Source: Nannocystales bacterium (lineage in GTDB: Bacteria; Myxococcota_A; Polyangia; Nannocystales; Nannocystaceae). From it: a DNA stretch of 64,000 nucleotides. Each line of letters starts with the position of its first letter. Position 1 is the stretch's first letter. A model generated the notes under the pieces. That model saw only the letters and a program-made list of their open reading frames with translations. It was not told where the DNA came from and made no database searches. Position numbers and translations under genes: made by a program. Below are positions 38,172 through 47,863 of the stretch, in pieces. The stretch lies in the NCBI GenBank assembly GCA_050633305.1, contig JBOEGF010000018.1, positions 192,001 to 256,000 of the forward strand, in the 5' to 3' direction.

Positions 38172-39014
38172 ATGTGTCGGATCTTCGGCTTTCGGTCAGT
38201 CATCCAGAGCCAGGTCCACCGAAGCTTGGTCAGCGCTGACAATGCGCTGATGCAGCAGGGTGGGCGGCACCCTGACGGTTGGGGGGTGGCCTACTACAAC
38301 GGTGGCGCGCCACACGTGATCAAGAGCGTGTCGTCCGCCCATGTCGACCACCTCTTCCGACGCGTCTCGGGAATCGTGGCATCTGAGACGGTGCTCGCGC
38401 ATCTACGCAAGGCGACGCAGGGAGAGCACACGATCCTCAACACGCACCCGTTCCAGTTTGGCCACTGGGTGTTCGTGCACAACGGCAACATCTCGGGCTT
38501 CGGCGAACGGCGGGAGGAGCTGCTCGACAGGATCCCTCCTGTGCTGCGGCGCTACATCCTGGGGGACACGGACAGCGAGCTGTTTTTCTACCTGCTGTTG
38601 GGGCACATGGCGCAACGGTGTCCTCTGACCCAAGCTGGGTACGGCCTGGACGATCTCGTCGCTGCGGCTCGCGCCACCGTCGAGGAAATCGTCTCGGTGG
38701 CCGGAGACCTTTGTCTCGACGATGCCGGCCCTCCCACCGAAAACTTCCTTTCGTTCGTGATCACCAATGGGACCACCATGCTCGCCCACCAAGGCGGGAA
38801 AACGCTCTACTACAGCACGTACAAGCGCCAGTGCCCTGATCGTGACGTCTGCCCGAGTTTCGGGCCCGCCTGCGAGGCGCCCACCGAGAAGGGCTTCGTC
38901 AAACATCTGCTGGTCTCGAGCGAGCCGTTGCAGGGCGACAATGAGTGGCAAAAGATGGAGCCTTTCGAGGTTGTCGGCGTCGACTGGCGCATGCAGATTC
39001 AGCACGCCCGATGA
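38172..39014 (+). CDS. Class II glutamine amidotransferase domain protein (EgtC/YafJ-like)
   Basis: N-terminal MCR (Ntn Cys), HPDGWG, AHLRKAT, NTHPF, HNGNI, GDTDSE and SSEPL motifs. Confidence 0.92.
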   Translation: MCRIFGFRSVIQSQVHRSLVSADNALMQQGGRHPDGWGVAYYNGGAPHVIKSVSSAHVDHLFRRVSGIVASETVLAHLRKATQGEHTILNTHPFQFGHWVFVHNGNISGFGERREELLDRIPPVLRRYILGDTDSELFFYLLLGHMAQRCPLTQAGYGLDDLVAAARATVEEIVSVAGDLCLDDAGPPTENFLSFVITNGTTMLAHQGGKTLYYSTYKRQCPDRDVCPSFGPACEAPTEKGFVKHLLVSSEPLQGDNEWQKMEPFEVVGVDWRMQIQHAR

Positions 39015-41257
39015 CCGATTCCCAGCGTCCCTTGCCCAGATGGTGGCTCGCGCTGCTGTCTTCTTTTGTCGCGGCGGTGTGCCTGTGGGCTGCCGGCAAG
39101 CTCCCGTGGTCCGATGACTGGACCCTGTTCGCCGCGATGACGACTGCGCTGGGTGTCGCCCATCTCGGCTGCGCGCTGACGGCTCTGCTCGGCAGTCCCC
39201 TGCGTGCGAAAGCGTGGCGATGGCAAGGCGCGATGGCGATGGTCTACCTCGCGTACGTGACCTGGAACCTGGTGCGGACCTCGAGCTACGTGGCTGAGCT
39301 CTACGGTGGGTTGGGCAAAGGCGTCGCGGTGTCGCTGGGGCTGGTGTGGCTCATCGTCGCCGGGCTCACCGTGCCGCTGACCGCGTGGGGGTTCGCCGTG
39401 ACGGGCGGGATCCGGCCCGGAAACGTCGCCAAGGGATCGGCGGCGGTGCTGCTCTTGCTCGCGGGTGTCGGCGTCGTTCGCAGTCGTGATGCCGCGGCCG
39501 CCGAGTCGATCGTCCAGCCAGAGGTCGCCGCGGACGTGCGGTCGCTGGTCGCGGACCACATCCCTGTCATGCCGCCCCCCCCGAAGGGCGCTCCGTCGCT
39601 GAGCACCTCCAAGCCGGCGAAGTGCCCGAAGGTTCCCGACCCCGCGTTCACGACGGTTGTCGCGACGTTTCTCGAGGCGAACGAGGCGGGGCGCCCGACG
39701 CCGGTCTCGCGCTGCTTTCAGGGCGACGGCGTTCGGGCGTTCGAGCAGATGGGGGATGCATTGCTGATGGCGTCGCTGGGGGGCCGCGTCAAGGTGGACG
39801 TGCTGACCGGCGGGCAGCCTCTGCGACACGTGGTTCCGGTGGTCGACAGCATGCTCTTGCGACCCGGCCTCGACGGGGTGTGCGAGGGGAGCCGCTGTCT
39901 CATGCCGTGGCAGATGCTGGCGCTGGACGCGTTCAATACCAACACGCCAATCCCCGTCATCCCGGACCTCCGCTTTGGCTTCGACCCGGTCGCGCTCCGC
40001 AAAGCTCTCGCGCCCACCGACGCGACCGGACCCATTCCGAGCGGTGTTGAGGGACTGACGCGTATCGAGACCCGCAGTTTCGTCTCGGACGGGAAAGGCG
40101 ACGTGCATCCTCTCCGCCGGATGCGACGGGAGCGAATGGAGCTCTCCTCGCAGGCCCTGCAAACCTCGGTCTCCGGGGCCGAAGCCTACATCCACTCGGC
40201 GATTGGGGCGGACGGGCGCTTCGAGTACAAACTCCACCCCTTCTCGGGGCTGGTCTCCTACCGAGGCTTCGCGCTGGCGCGGCAAGCCGGTACGACCCTG
40301 GTCGTTTGCGAGCTGTCGCAGCACGACGCGCGGGCACGGGCTGTCGCCCGCAAAGCCCTGGGGATGATGCAGTCGACCGAGCGGCGGAAGGGCGACATCT
40401 CCATGCTGAAGTACCCCAAGACCAAGCCCGCCAAGCGCGTGCCGTTGGGGGACACCGCGCTGGCCGCGATCGCGTTTCTGAGCTGTCGTGATCGGGTGGG
40501 CAAGCGATTCGACCCGACCATCGACCGGATCACCAAGTTTCTGTTGTCGATGCAGCGGGAGAACGGTTCCTTCCATCCGGCCTACGACTTCGAAACCGGG
40601 GAGCCTATCCCGGGCCCCGACCCGCTGTACGCCGTGGGGCAGGCGATCTTCGCGCTCGTGCTGCTCGAGGAAGCGAGCATGGAGAACCCTGAGTTGTTCA
40701 CCGACGCGGCGGTTGTGCACGAGGCTGTCGAACGCGCGATGGACTACATCGCGGAGGACTATTGGAGTGGGTTTGTGCGCGACTTCTTCTTCATGGAGGA
40801 GAACTGGAACTGCCTCGCGGCTCGCGCTGCGCTCGGCCATCACCGCCACGACGGATACGAGAAATTCTGCCTCGACTACGTCCGCTACAAGACGCGGTTG
40901 ATTCTCAGCGAGGAGGACGCGGTCGACCCCGACCTGGTGGGCGGATACGGTTACGGAAACGTGCTGCTTCCGCACAACACCGGGTCCGCTGGGTTTGGGG
41001 AGGCCGGCTCGGCAGCACTCGCGATCTCCGAGGCTCGAGGCGAAGACGCCTCGGACATCGAAGCCCCTCTGAGGCGTGCGCTCGAGTTCTTGTTGCATCA
41101 CCAATGGGACGAGGTGGCTTGTTTTGCGTGCGAAGGTCCCCACCCCGTCGTGGGAGGGTTTAGCGAACACATGGGCTCGCCGACGATCCGCATCGACTAT
41201 GTGCAGCATGCCTGGGCGGGGTTGGGCCACAGCGCACGCGTACTGGGACTGCTCTGA
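39011..41257 (+). CDS. Membrane protein with large extracytoplasmic alpha/alpha-toroid-like domain
   Basis: About five N-terminal TM helices; DGRFEY, LARQAGT, LGDTALAAIA, MQRENGSF, YAVGQAIFAL, FLLHHQW and IRIDYVQH motifs; ATGA overlap with the upstream gene. Confidence 0.75.
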   Translation: MTDSQRPLPRWWLALLSSFVAAVCLWAAGKLPWSDDWTLFAAMTTALGVAHLGCALTALLGSPLRAKAWRWQGAMAMVYLAYVTWNLVRTSSYVAELYGGLGKGVAVSLGLVWLIVAGLTVPLTAWGFAVTGGIRPGNVAKGSAAVLLLLAGVGVVRSRDAAAAESIVQPEVAADVRSLVADHIPVMPPPPKGAPSLSTSKPAKCPKVPDPAFTTVVATFLEANEAGRPTPVSRCFQGDGVRAFEQMGDALLMASLGGRVKVDVLTGGQPLRHVVPVVDSMLLRPGLDGVCEGSRCLMPWQMLALDAFNTNTPIPVIPDLRFGFDPVALRKALAPTDATGPIPSGVEGLTRIETRSFVSDGKGDVHPLRRMRRERMELSSQALQTSVSGAEAYIHSAIGADGRFEYKLHPFSGLVSYRGFALARQAGTTLVVCELSQHDARARAVARKALGMMQSTERRKGDISMLKYPKTKPAKRVPLGDTALAAIAFLSCRDRVGKRFDPTIDRITKFLLSMQRENGSFHPAYDFETGEPIPGPDPLYAVGQAIFALVLLEEASMENPELFTDAAVVHEAVERAMDYIAEDYWSGFVRDFFFMEENWNCLAARAALGHHRHDGYEKFCLDYVRYKTRLILSEEDAVDPDLVGGYGYGNVLLPHNTGSAGFGEAGSAALAISEARGEDASDIEAPLRRALEFLLHHQWDEVACFACEGPHPVVGGFSEHMGSPTIRIDYVQHAWAGLGHSARVLGLL

Positions 41258-41262
41258 GGCCC

Positions 41263-41709
41263 ATGCCAATCGCGGGAGAGCGGTGGAGGCTGTGGGCGGG
41301 GACCGTCGCGCTTGCAATGACGTCAGCCATCGTGTGGCCGGTCATCCCCGACAAGGACAGCTTTCCGCTCTCGAACTACCCGATGTTCTCGACGCCGAAG
41401 ACGACGCGGGCAAAGATCTACCACCTCGTCGGATTCACGCCGACGGGACAAGGCATGCCTCTGTCGCCGTCGATGCTCGACACCGACGAGATCATGCAGG
41501 CGTACCAAACGGCGAAACTCGCGATCCGTGGCGGACGCGCCCAGCGCTTGTGCGAGGAGACGGCCCTCCGCGTGGCGAGCAGCGATGACTTTGCGGACGT
41601 CACTCGGGTCGAGGTGCGCATCGACGTCTTCGATGCGGTGCACTACTGGGAAGGGGACCGCTCGACGGAGCACAGCCGAGTCATCGCCAAGTGTGGGGTC
41701 CAGCGATGA
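41263..41709 (+). CDS. Small membrane-anchored protein, probable HTTM partner
   Basis: One TM followed by DSFPLSNYPMFS; ATGA overlap with the downstream HTTM gene. Confidence 0.7.
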   Translation: MPIAGERWRLWAGTVALAMTSAIVWPVIPDKDSFPLSNYPMFSTPKTTRAKIYHLVGFTPTGQGMPLSPSMLDTDEIMQAYQTAKLAIRGGRAQRLCEETALRVASSDDFADVTRVEVRIDVFDAVHYWEGDRSTEHSRVIAKCGVQR

Positions 41710-42623
41710 GCGCCGTACGGCGGGTGGTGGCTCCCGACATGCCAGCGGAGCGGCTGGCCACGCTGCGGATTTTGGTGGGGCTGTATGGCGTCGTCTACCT
41801 GCTCGCGCGGGCCAACGTGATCTGGGGCGTCACGCGTTACCCCGCGGGGCAGTTCAAGCCGGTCGGGCTCGCGATGCTGGTGCAGGCCCCGATCTCTCCT
41901 GCGCTCGTGGTCTGCGGACTTCTGCTCGCGCTCGTGTCTGGCATCGCATTCAGCCTGGGCTGGGGATTCCGCTGGACCGGGCCGCTGTACGCCGCCGCAT
42001 TGCTCTGGGTCCTCAGCTACCGGAACTCGTGGGGCATGCCGTTCCACACCGAGAACCTGCTGGTGCTCCACACCATCGTGTTGGCAACAGCGCCCAGCGC
42101 CGCAGCGTGGAGTCTCGATGCCCGGGGCCGTGCAACTCCTGGGGCGCACGCACGCTTTGGGTGGGCGGTCGTGCTGATGTGTTGGGTCACCGCGTTGACG
42201 TATTTCGTGGCCGGCTGGGCAAAGCTCTCGCACTCAGGCTTCGAATGGGTCACCAGCGACACGCTGAGGAACTTCATCGCGTACGACAACGTTCGGAAGG
42301 CCGAGCTCGGGGCGGGGTATTCCTCCCTGGGGACCTGGATGGTGGCGCACGCGTGGATCTTCCCACCGATGGCCGCGGTGAGCCTCAGCGTTGAGCTCTT
42401 GGCGCCGCTGAGTGTCCTTCACCGACGACTTGGAATGCTCTGGTGCGCCGCCGCGTGGGGATTTCACGTCGGTGTGTTGGCGCTGATGTACATCCTCTTC
42501 CACTATCCGATTCTCGGGTTCGCCTACGCGCCGTACTTCCCGGTGGAGCGCCTGGGCCACTGGGCTCTTCGAAGGTGGGGGCGAAGGTGGCGGCGTCCAC
42601 CGGTGCAGGGCGCGGGTCCCTGA
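41706..42623 (+). CDS. HTTM-domain (vitamin K-dependent carboxylase-like/SdpB-like) membrane protein
   Basis: LATLRILVG, LGWGFRW, FHTENL, YFVAGWAKL...W, ELLAPL and FHVGV motifs; multi-TM. Confidence 0.8.
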   Translation: MSAVRRVVAPDMPAERLATLRILVGLYGVVYLLARANVIWGVTRYPAGQFKPVGLAMLVQAPISPALVVCGLLLALVSGIAFSLGWGFRWTGPLYAAALLWVLSYRNSWGMPFHTENLLVLHTIVLATAPSAAAWSLDARGRATPGAHARFGWAVVLMCWVTALTYFVAGWAKLSHSGFEWVTSDTLRNFIAYDNVRKAELGAGYSSLGTWMVAHAWIFPPMAAVSLSVELLAPLSVLHRRLGMLWCAAAWGFHVGVLALMYILFHYPILGFAYAPYFPVERLGHWALRRWGRRWRRPPVQGAGP

Positions 42624-42649
42624 GGCGCCCTGCGGGGGACCAACTCGGT

Positions 42650-43900
42650 CTAGGTCCCCGTCCTCCATCCCTCGAGGTAGCGCTGCTGTGCATCGGTGAG
42701 CACGTCGATTCGGACCCCAATCGCTTCGAGTTTCACGGCCGCGACGGCCCGATCGATGTCGTCGGGGATCGTGTGCACGCCCGGAGCCGGGACGCCTCGG
42801 CCCAGGGCAAGGGATTCCGCGGCGAGGGCCTGGTTCGCGAAACTCAGGTCCATGACATCTGCCGGGTGTCCCTCGGCGGCCGCGAGGTTGGCCAGTCGGC
42901 CTTGCGCAACGACGAGCACGACGCGTCCACCTGGCAGCGTGAATTCCGTGAGGTGGTCGCGAAGCTCGCGCTGCGCCGTGGCGATGTACTCCAGCGCTTT
43001 GAGGTCGAGTTCCACATCGAAGTGCCCCGAGTTGGCGATCACGATCCCCGATTTCATTCGCTCGAAGTGTTCGGCACGCACGACGTGTTCGTTTCCGGTT
43101 GTGGTGCACAGAAAGTCCGCCTGCTCGACGGCTTCTTTCAGGGGCATCACCGCGAGGCCATCCATCAGAGCTTCGAGCCCGCGGACGGGGTCGACCTCGG
43201 TCACGATGACACGCGCCCCCAGCCCAGCCGCTCGCTCGGCGACCCCACGTCCGCACCATCCGTAGCCACACACCACAAAGGTCGAACCGGCGATGAGTCG
43301 GTTCGTGGCCCGCATGAAAGCGTCGAGCGTGGACTGTCCGGTGCCGTAGCGGTTGTCGAACATGTGTTTGGTGCGGGCGTCGTTGACCGCGAACACCGGG
43401 AATCGCAGTACGCCTTCCCGGGCCATACTGTGCAGTCGGGTGACACCTGTCGTGGTTTCCTCCGTGCCGCCGATGACGGAATCGAGCAAGTCCGTGCGCT
43501 TGGTGTGCAACAGCGTGGTGAGGTCGGCTCCATCGTCGAGGACGAGGTGGGGCCGGTGCTCGACCGCCTGGCCGAGGTGCCGGAAGTAGGTGTCACGGTC
43601 CTCGCCGGCGATCGCGAAGACCTCGATGCCGTCGAGGACCGCGAGTCCGGCAGCGACGGTGTTCTGAACGCTCAAGGGGTTGCTCGCGCAGAGTCGAACC
43701 TCGGCGCCACCGGCTGCGAGCGTGCGGACCAAGACTGCGGTCTCGGCGGTGACGTGCATGCAGGCCGCGGCGCGAATCCCCTCGAGAGGGCGCTCGCGGG
43801 CGAATCGTTCGCGAATTGCCATCACCGCCGGCATGGCGCGCTCGGCCCATTCGATGTCCTGTTGTCCACGCGGCGCGAGCGAGTTGTCGAAGATGTCCAT
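42650..43900 (-). CDS. ahcY: Adenosylhomocysteinase (short type)
   Basis: CMHVTAET, SNPLS, LDDGAD, EETTTG, KHMFDNRYGTGQS, GYGWCGRG, GHFDVE and GRLANLAAAEGHP motifs. Confidence 0.96.
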   Translation of the reverse strand: MDIFDNSLAPRGQQDIEWAERAMPAVMAIRERFARERPLEGIRAAACMHVTAETAVLVRTLAAGGAEVRLCASNPLSVQNTVAAGLAVLDGIEVFAIAGEDRDTYFRHLGQAVEHRPHLVLDDGADLTTLLHTKRTDLLDSVIGGTEETTTGVTRLHSMAREGVLRFPVFAVNDARTKHMFDNRYGTGQSTLDAFMRATNRLIAGSTFVVCGYGWCGRGVAERAAGLGARVIVTEVDPVRGLEALMDGLAVMPLKEAVEQADFLCTTTGNEHVVRAEHFERMKSGIVIANSGHFDVELDLKALEYIATAQRELRDHLTEFTLPGGRVVLVVAQGRLANLAAAEGHPADVMDLSFANQALAAESLALGRGVPAPGVHTIPDDIDRAVAAVKLEAIGVRIDVLTDAQQRYLEGWRTGT

Positions 43901-43958
43901 GCCCGTGGTGTGACTTCGAACCGCGTGTTAGTCACTTGAATCTATTTTTCGTATGGCG

Positions 43959-43975
43959 TTAGCATTGCTAATGCT
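43959..43975. promoter_or_regulatory. Putative LysR-type operator (T-N11-A palindrome) between ahcY and the LysR gene
   Basis: TTAGCATTGCTAA (43959-43971) is a perfect T-N11-A dyad; it overlaps a second dyad AGCATT-gct-AATGCT (43961-43975) and the LysR ATG; the region is locally AT-rich. Confidence 0.7.
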
Positions 43976-44909
43976 TCCGGATTTGAACAGGTTGAAGGTG
44001 TTCGTCCACGTCCACGAAGCCGGGAGTGCGCGGGAAGCTGCTGTCTTGCTCGGAGTGACCCAGTCGGCGGTGAGTCAGAGCTTGGGAAAGCTCGAGGCTG
44101 AACTCGGCGTCGCGCTGTTCGTCCGGCAGCATCGCCGGCTGGTTCGGACTGCCGAGGGGCGCCGCTTATACGATGTTGTCGCTCCGTTTCTCGCGGCGCT
44201 CTCGGAGTCCCTCCCCGAACTCGAACGGACGTCGGGCGAGCTGGTGGGGACGCTTCGTGTCGGTGCGCCAGCCGAGCTGGGGGCGGCGCGACTACCTGCG
44301 GTCTTTGCCGCGTTCCGGGTGGAACACCCGACGGTGAGCTTCTCCCTGCGTCTTGGGCATCCGTCGGTCCTGGTCCCGGAACTCGCCGACGGCGGCCTCG
44401 ACATCGCGTTTGTCGACGAGTTCGACGCTCCCGCGCGGCGGGCAGGTGGCATCGACGCCCATGGGGGGCTCGATGAGCAACTGGTGTTGGCCGGGAGCCC
44501 TCAGGTCGTCGCCGCTGCCCGGGAAGGCAAGGACCGCTTCGCGCGCCTGCAGGCTGCCGACTTCGTCACGTACCACTCGCGTGGACCCTCGGTGGCGTCC
44601 TGGTTTCAGCATCACTTCCAGCGCGTCCCCGGACGCATTCGCCGTGCGGTGGTCGTGGAGAGCGTGCAGGCCGTCGTGGGTTCGGTTCTGGCCGGACTCG
44701 GGCTGGGCGTCGTCCCCTACGATGCCGTCGCAGCTGCCGTGGAGCGAGGGGAACTGGAGGTTGTCCGCACCCGGAAGCGACCCTTGCTCAACAGAATCTC
44801 GTTGCTGCGGCTCCTCGACAAGCGGCCCTCGACGTTGGAACAGAAGTTCCTCGCGACCCTCCCCACCCAGCTCCGCGGGTACTCCCGGCACTCAGCTGGC
44901 GGACTGTAG
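43971..44909 (+). CDS. LysR family transcriptional regulator
   Basis: DLNRLKVF...GSAREAAVLLGVTQSAVSQSLGKLEAELGVALFVR HTH; GTLRVG; substrate-binding domain; divergent from ahcY. Confidence 0.95.
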   Translation: MLPDLNRLKVFVHVHEAGSAREAAVLLGVTQSAVSQSLGKLEAELGVALFVRQHRRLVRTAEGRRLYDVVAPFLAALSESLPELERTSGELVGTLRVGAPAELGAARLPAVFAAFRVEHPTVSFSLRLGHPSVLVPELADGGLDIAFVDEFDAPARRAGGIDAHGGLDEQLVLAGSPQVVAAAREGKDRFARLQAADFVTYHSRGPSVASWFQHHFQRVPGRIRRAVVVESVQAVVGSVLAGLGLGVVPYDAVAAAVERGELEVVRTRKRPLLNRISLLRLLDKRPSTLEQKFLATLPTQLRGYSRHSAGGL

Positions 44910-45611
44910 CGGGGGCGCCGGCCCGAGCGCGAGCGGGGTTGAGGGCGAGCCCATTCCCCGGAATGGCCTCAACATCAGTCGTTCGGCGACGTTTTCGTGA
45001 AGGTTCTGAAGACCGTCGAGGACGGCTTGCCACCGCTCCTGATCGCGGACCTCTGTCGCGCTTTGCGTGGACTCGGGCAGCTCGCCCGCAGGCAGCGCGC
45101 GGCGATGGATGGTGTCCGCGACCCAAAGTGTCATGAACAGGCGGGTGGCAAACATGGCGGGGAGGAGCAGAATCGCGGTTGCCCACGCGGTGAGGCTTCC
45201 TGCGATGCTCAGGGTCAACGCGCCAGCGGCGAACAGGGCAGCAGCGCCGCCGGCCACTCTCAGACCGTTGCTGGGTTGGGTCTGCTTGGCAAGCGCGACG
45301 CTGCGTGGGCTGCTTCGGGCGACGACGCGGAGTTTGTAGGCGTCGGCCTCCTCGGTGCTTCGCCCGGGGCTCTGGAATCGTTGGACGCTGACCGAGGCCA
45401 CGAACGAGCCGCGTCGCACTCGGAACGACGCGCCGCACAGAGAGCCCGACAGCCAAACCCGGCGGACCTCGTAGCCCGCGTTGGCGGGGAGGTGCCGGGC
45501 AAGAAGATCTGCGGCTCCCTCTAGAGTGTCCGCGGCGACCCGCTCCGTGTAGGTGGAACGTGCGCCGTATCGAACACTCCAGTCGAGCTGGCCGCGGGAC
45601 GTGTGAGTCAT
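44892..45611 (-). CDS. Hypothetical membrane protein (2 TM)
   Basis: Protein-like ORF with two adjacent hydrophobic helices; TACGCT 9 nt upstream; 18-nt tail-to-tail overlap with LysR. Confidence 0.6.
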   Translation of the reverse strand: MTHTSRGQLDWSVRYGARSTYTERVAADTLEGAADLLARHLPANAGYEVRRVWLSGSLCGASFRVRRGSFVASVSVQRFQSPGRSTEEADAYKLRVVARSSPRSVALAKQTQPSNGLRVAGGAAALFAAGALTLSIAGSLTAWATAILLLPAMFATRLFMTLWVADTIHRRALPAGELPESTQSATEVRDQERWQAVLDGLQNLHENVAERLMLRPFRGMGSPSTPLALGPAPPLQSAS

Positions 45612-45692
45612 CCAACGATCAGCGTAGCCGATCGGGGCGGTAAGGCCAGGCGCGTTCCGGAGGCGCCGAATCGGGCACGCCGGCGTCGCGGA

Positions 45693-46061
45693 TCAGCGAA
45701 GGGTGCGACCGAATGGAAGCAGCGATAGAGGGATCAGCTTGATGTGCTGCTTGGCAAACGGGAGCCCGACGATCGTGATGGCGAGGCAGCAGGCCCAGAT
45801 GAAGTGCGCGATCGCGAGCTCCCAACCGAACAACACCAACCACAGCAGGTTGAAGACGATCCGCAGTGCGCTGTTGGCGTGGGGCAGCTCCCGCACCTCC
45901 TTGCCGAAGGGCGTGAGGGTGGCGGCCCCGATCTTCATGGCTTGAATGCCAAAGGGGATGCCGACGATGGTGACGCAGAGGCCGAGGCCCGCGACGATCC
46001 AGGCGAGGCCGGAGAGCAACCCGCCGAAGACGAGCCAGATGAGATTGCCGAGCAAGGACAT
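45693..46061 (-). CDS. yccF: YccF domain inner-membrane protein
   Basis: Two repeats of N-x-x-W-x-x-x-G ... TIVG(I/L)PF ... PFG; start ATG 46061. Confidence 0.9.
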   Translation of the reverse strand: MSLLGNLIWLVFGGLLSGLAWIVAGLGLCVTIVGIPFGIQAMKIGAATLTPFGKEVRELPHANSALRIVFNLLWLVLFGWELAIAHFIWACCLAITIVGLPFAKQHIKLIPLSLLPFGRTLR

Positions 46062-46336
46062 GGGGGGCGGATGAGACCGCGGGCGATACCGCGGCATTCC
46101 CAACCACTGTGCGTCGTCCTGTGAGCCGTGCAACCGGACACGAAGCCAGCGACCCAGGGTTCCCGGCCGGCGAACCGATAGGTCGGACCTGCTGGCCTGT
46201 CACCCCGGAACTCCTGGTGAAATCGCTCCAGCTCCGCCGCTGTCGCACTCACCTCCTCCCGCTCGTCGCGTGCGCGGAGCCAGAGGACTCCGCCACGGGA
46301 TGCCGTGCGGGCGCCGCGGCACAGGTCGACGACCGC

Positions 46337-46380
46337 AAAAATGCGGTTGCCCCGACGACGTTGACGTCGGACCAACCGCA
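46337..46380 (-). terminator. Intrinsic terminator after lpdA
   Basis: Minus strand TGCGGTTG-gt-CCGACG-tcaacgt-CGTCGG-gg-CAACCGCA-TTTTT, about 40 nt after the lpdA stop. Confidence 0.78.
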
Positions 46381-46422
46381 CTTTGAGCTCCACGCGCTTG
46401 CGCGCTCTGAAGTCGGAGCGCT

Positions 46423-47850
46423 TCAGCGCTTGGGGTTCTGAATGTGGATGGCCTCACCGATGGCGTGCTTGGCCGCTTCCATCACCGCCTCACCCAGCGT
46501 GGGGTGGGGGTGAATTGTCAGGCCGATGTCGGGGCCGTACGCGCCCATCTCGATCGCCAGTGCGGCTTCGGAGATGAGGTCGCTCGCCTCGGGTCCGACG
46601 ATGTGAACCCCGAGGACGCGCTCGTCGTCAGCATCGACGACCACTTTCACGAAGCCCACAGCCTCGTCGATCGCCATGGCTCGGCCGCTGGCGGCGAAGG
46701 GGAACTTGCCAATGTTGACCTTGTGGCCCTTGGCTTCCGCTTCCTTCTTGTTCATCCCCGCCGAGCTGATCTCGGGGTCGGTGAACACCACAGCCGGGAT
46801 CACTCGCGCATCGTTGACGGTCTTCTTGCCTGCGATGACCTCGGCGATGACCTCGCCCTCGTGGCTGGCCTTGTGCGCGAGCATGGGCTGACCGACGACG
46901 TCTCCAGCGGCGTAGATGCCAGGCACGTTGGTCTGCTGCCGGTTGTCGACGACGATGAAGCCCTTGTCGTCCAACTTCACGCCCGAACGCTCGATGGCCA
47001 AGCCGCGCGTGATCGGGAAGCGACCGACCGCGACCAAGACGACATCGGCGGAGACCTCTCGGGTCTCGCCGCCCACGTCCATCTTGACCACGGCCTTGCC
47101 ATTTCGCTCTTCCCAGCCGGTCGCGCGGGCGCCCGTGATGATCTCCCCGCCGTCCTTCTTGATCTGCTTGGCGACCGGCATACCCAGGTCCTTTTCCATG
47201 GCCGCGAGAATGCGGTCCATGCCTTCGACGACGGTCAGCTTCGTGCCCAGACGTTGGAAGGTTTGGCCAAGCTCCAGGCCGATGTAGCCACCGCCGATGA
47301 CGATCATCTCATCGGGGATTTCATCGAGCGCGAGGGCTCCCGTGCTGTCGACGATGCGCTTGCCGTCGTACTCGAACCCGGGGATCTGGATCGGAAGCGA
47401 GCCGGTCGCGAGGACGATGTGCTCCGCCTCGACGATATCGTCGGGCTTCTTCTTGCCGTCGACCTCGGGGTAGCTGAGCTTGACGCGCTTGGGCGCCAGG
47501 AACTCGGCGGTGGCTTGCACGTAGTCGCAGCCGTTGGCTTTGACCAGGCCGTGGACGCCGCTGGTGAGCTTGTGAATGACGCCGCCCTTCCAGGCTTGCA
47601 TCTTCTTCATGTCGACCTTCGGCGGGCCAAAGGTGATGCCCATGCTCTCGGCGTGCTGCGCTTTGTGGGCGAGCTTCGTCGCGCTGATCAGCGCCTTCGA
47701 TGGAATGCAGCCGACGTTGAGGCATACGCCGCCGGGCTGGGCCTTCTCGACGAGCATGGCGTCGACGCCGAGCTGGCCGAGGCGAATGGCGCAGGGATAG
47801 CCACCGGTGCCGGCACCGATGACGAGGGCTTTCTTCTTGATGATGGCCAT
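46423..47850 (-). CDS. lpdA: Dihydrolipoyl dehydrogenase (E3)
   Basis: GAGTGG, GGVCLNVGCIPSK, GGGYIGLE, GDVVGQPMLAHKA and HPHPTLGE motifs; all catalytic motifs present. Confidence 0.97.
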   Translation of the reverse strand: MAIIKKKALVIGAGTGGYPCAIRLGQLGVDAMLVEKAQPGGVCLNVGCIPSKALISATKLAHKAQHAESMGITFGPPKVDMKKMQAWKGGVIHKLTSGVHGLVKANGCDYVQATAEFLAPKRVKLSYPEVDGKKKPDDIVEAEHIVLATGSLPIQIPGFEYDGKRIVDSTGALALDEIPDEMIVIGGGYIGLELGQTFQRLGTKLTVVEGMDRILAAMEKDLGMPVAKQIKKDGGEIITGARATGWEERNGKAVVKMDVGGETREVSADVVLVAVGRFPITRGLAIERSGVKLDDKGFIVVDNRQQTNVPGIYAAGDVVGQPMLAHKASHEGEVIAEVIAGKKTVNDARVIPAVVFTDPEISSAGMNKKEAEAKGHKVNIGKFPFAASGRAMAIDEAVGFVKVVVDADDERVLGVHIVGPEASDLISEAALAIEMGAYGPDIGLTIHPHPTLGEAVMEAAKHAIGEAIHIQNPKR

Positions 47851-47863
47851 GGCTGGAGGGCGA

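Noticed and set aside
43901..43970. SAH riboswitch upstream of ahcY
   Set aside because: The spacer is only about 70 nt, shows no recognisable SAH-riboswitch core and is better explained by a LysR operator and divergent promoters.
45935..46441. Small ORFs between yccF and lpdA
   Set aside because: No motifs, they overlap the lpdA terminator or yccF, and their composition is typical of non-coding frames.
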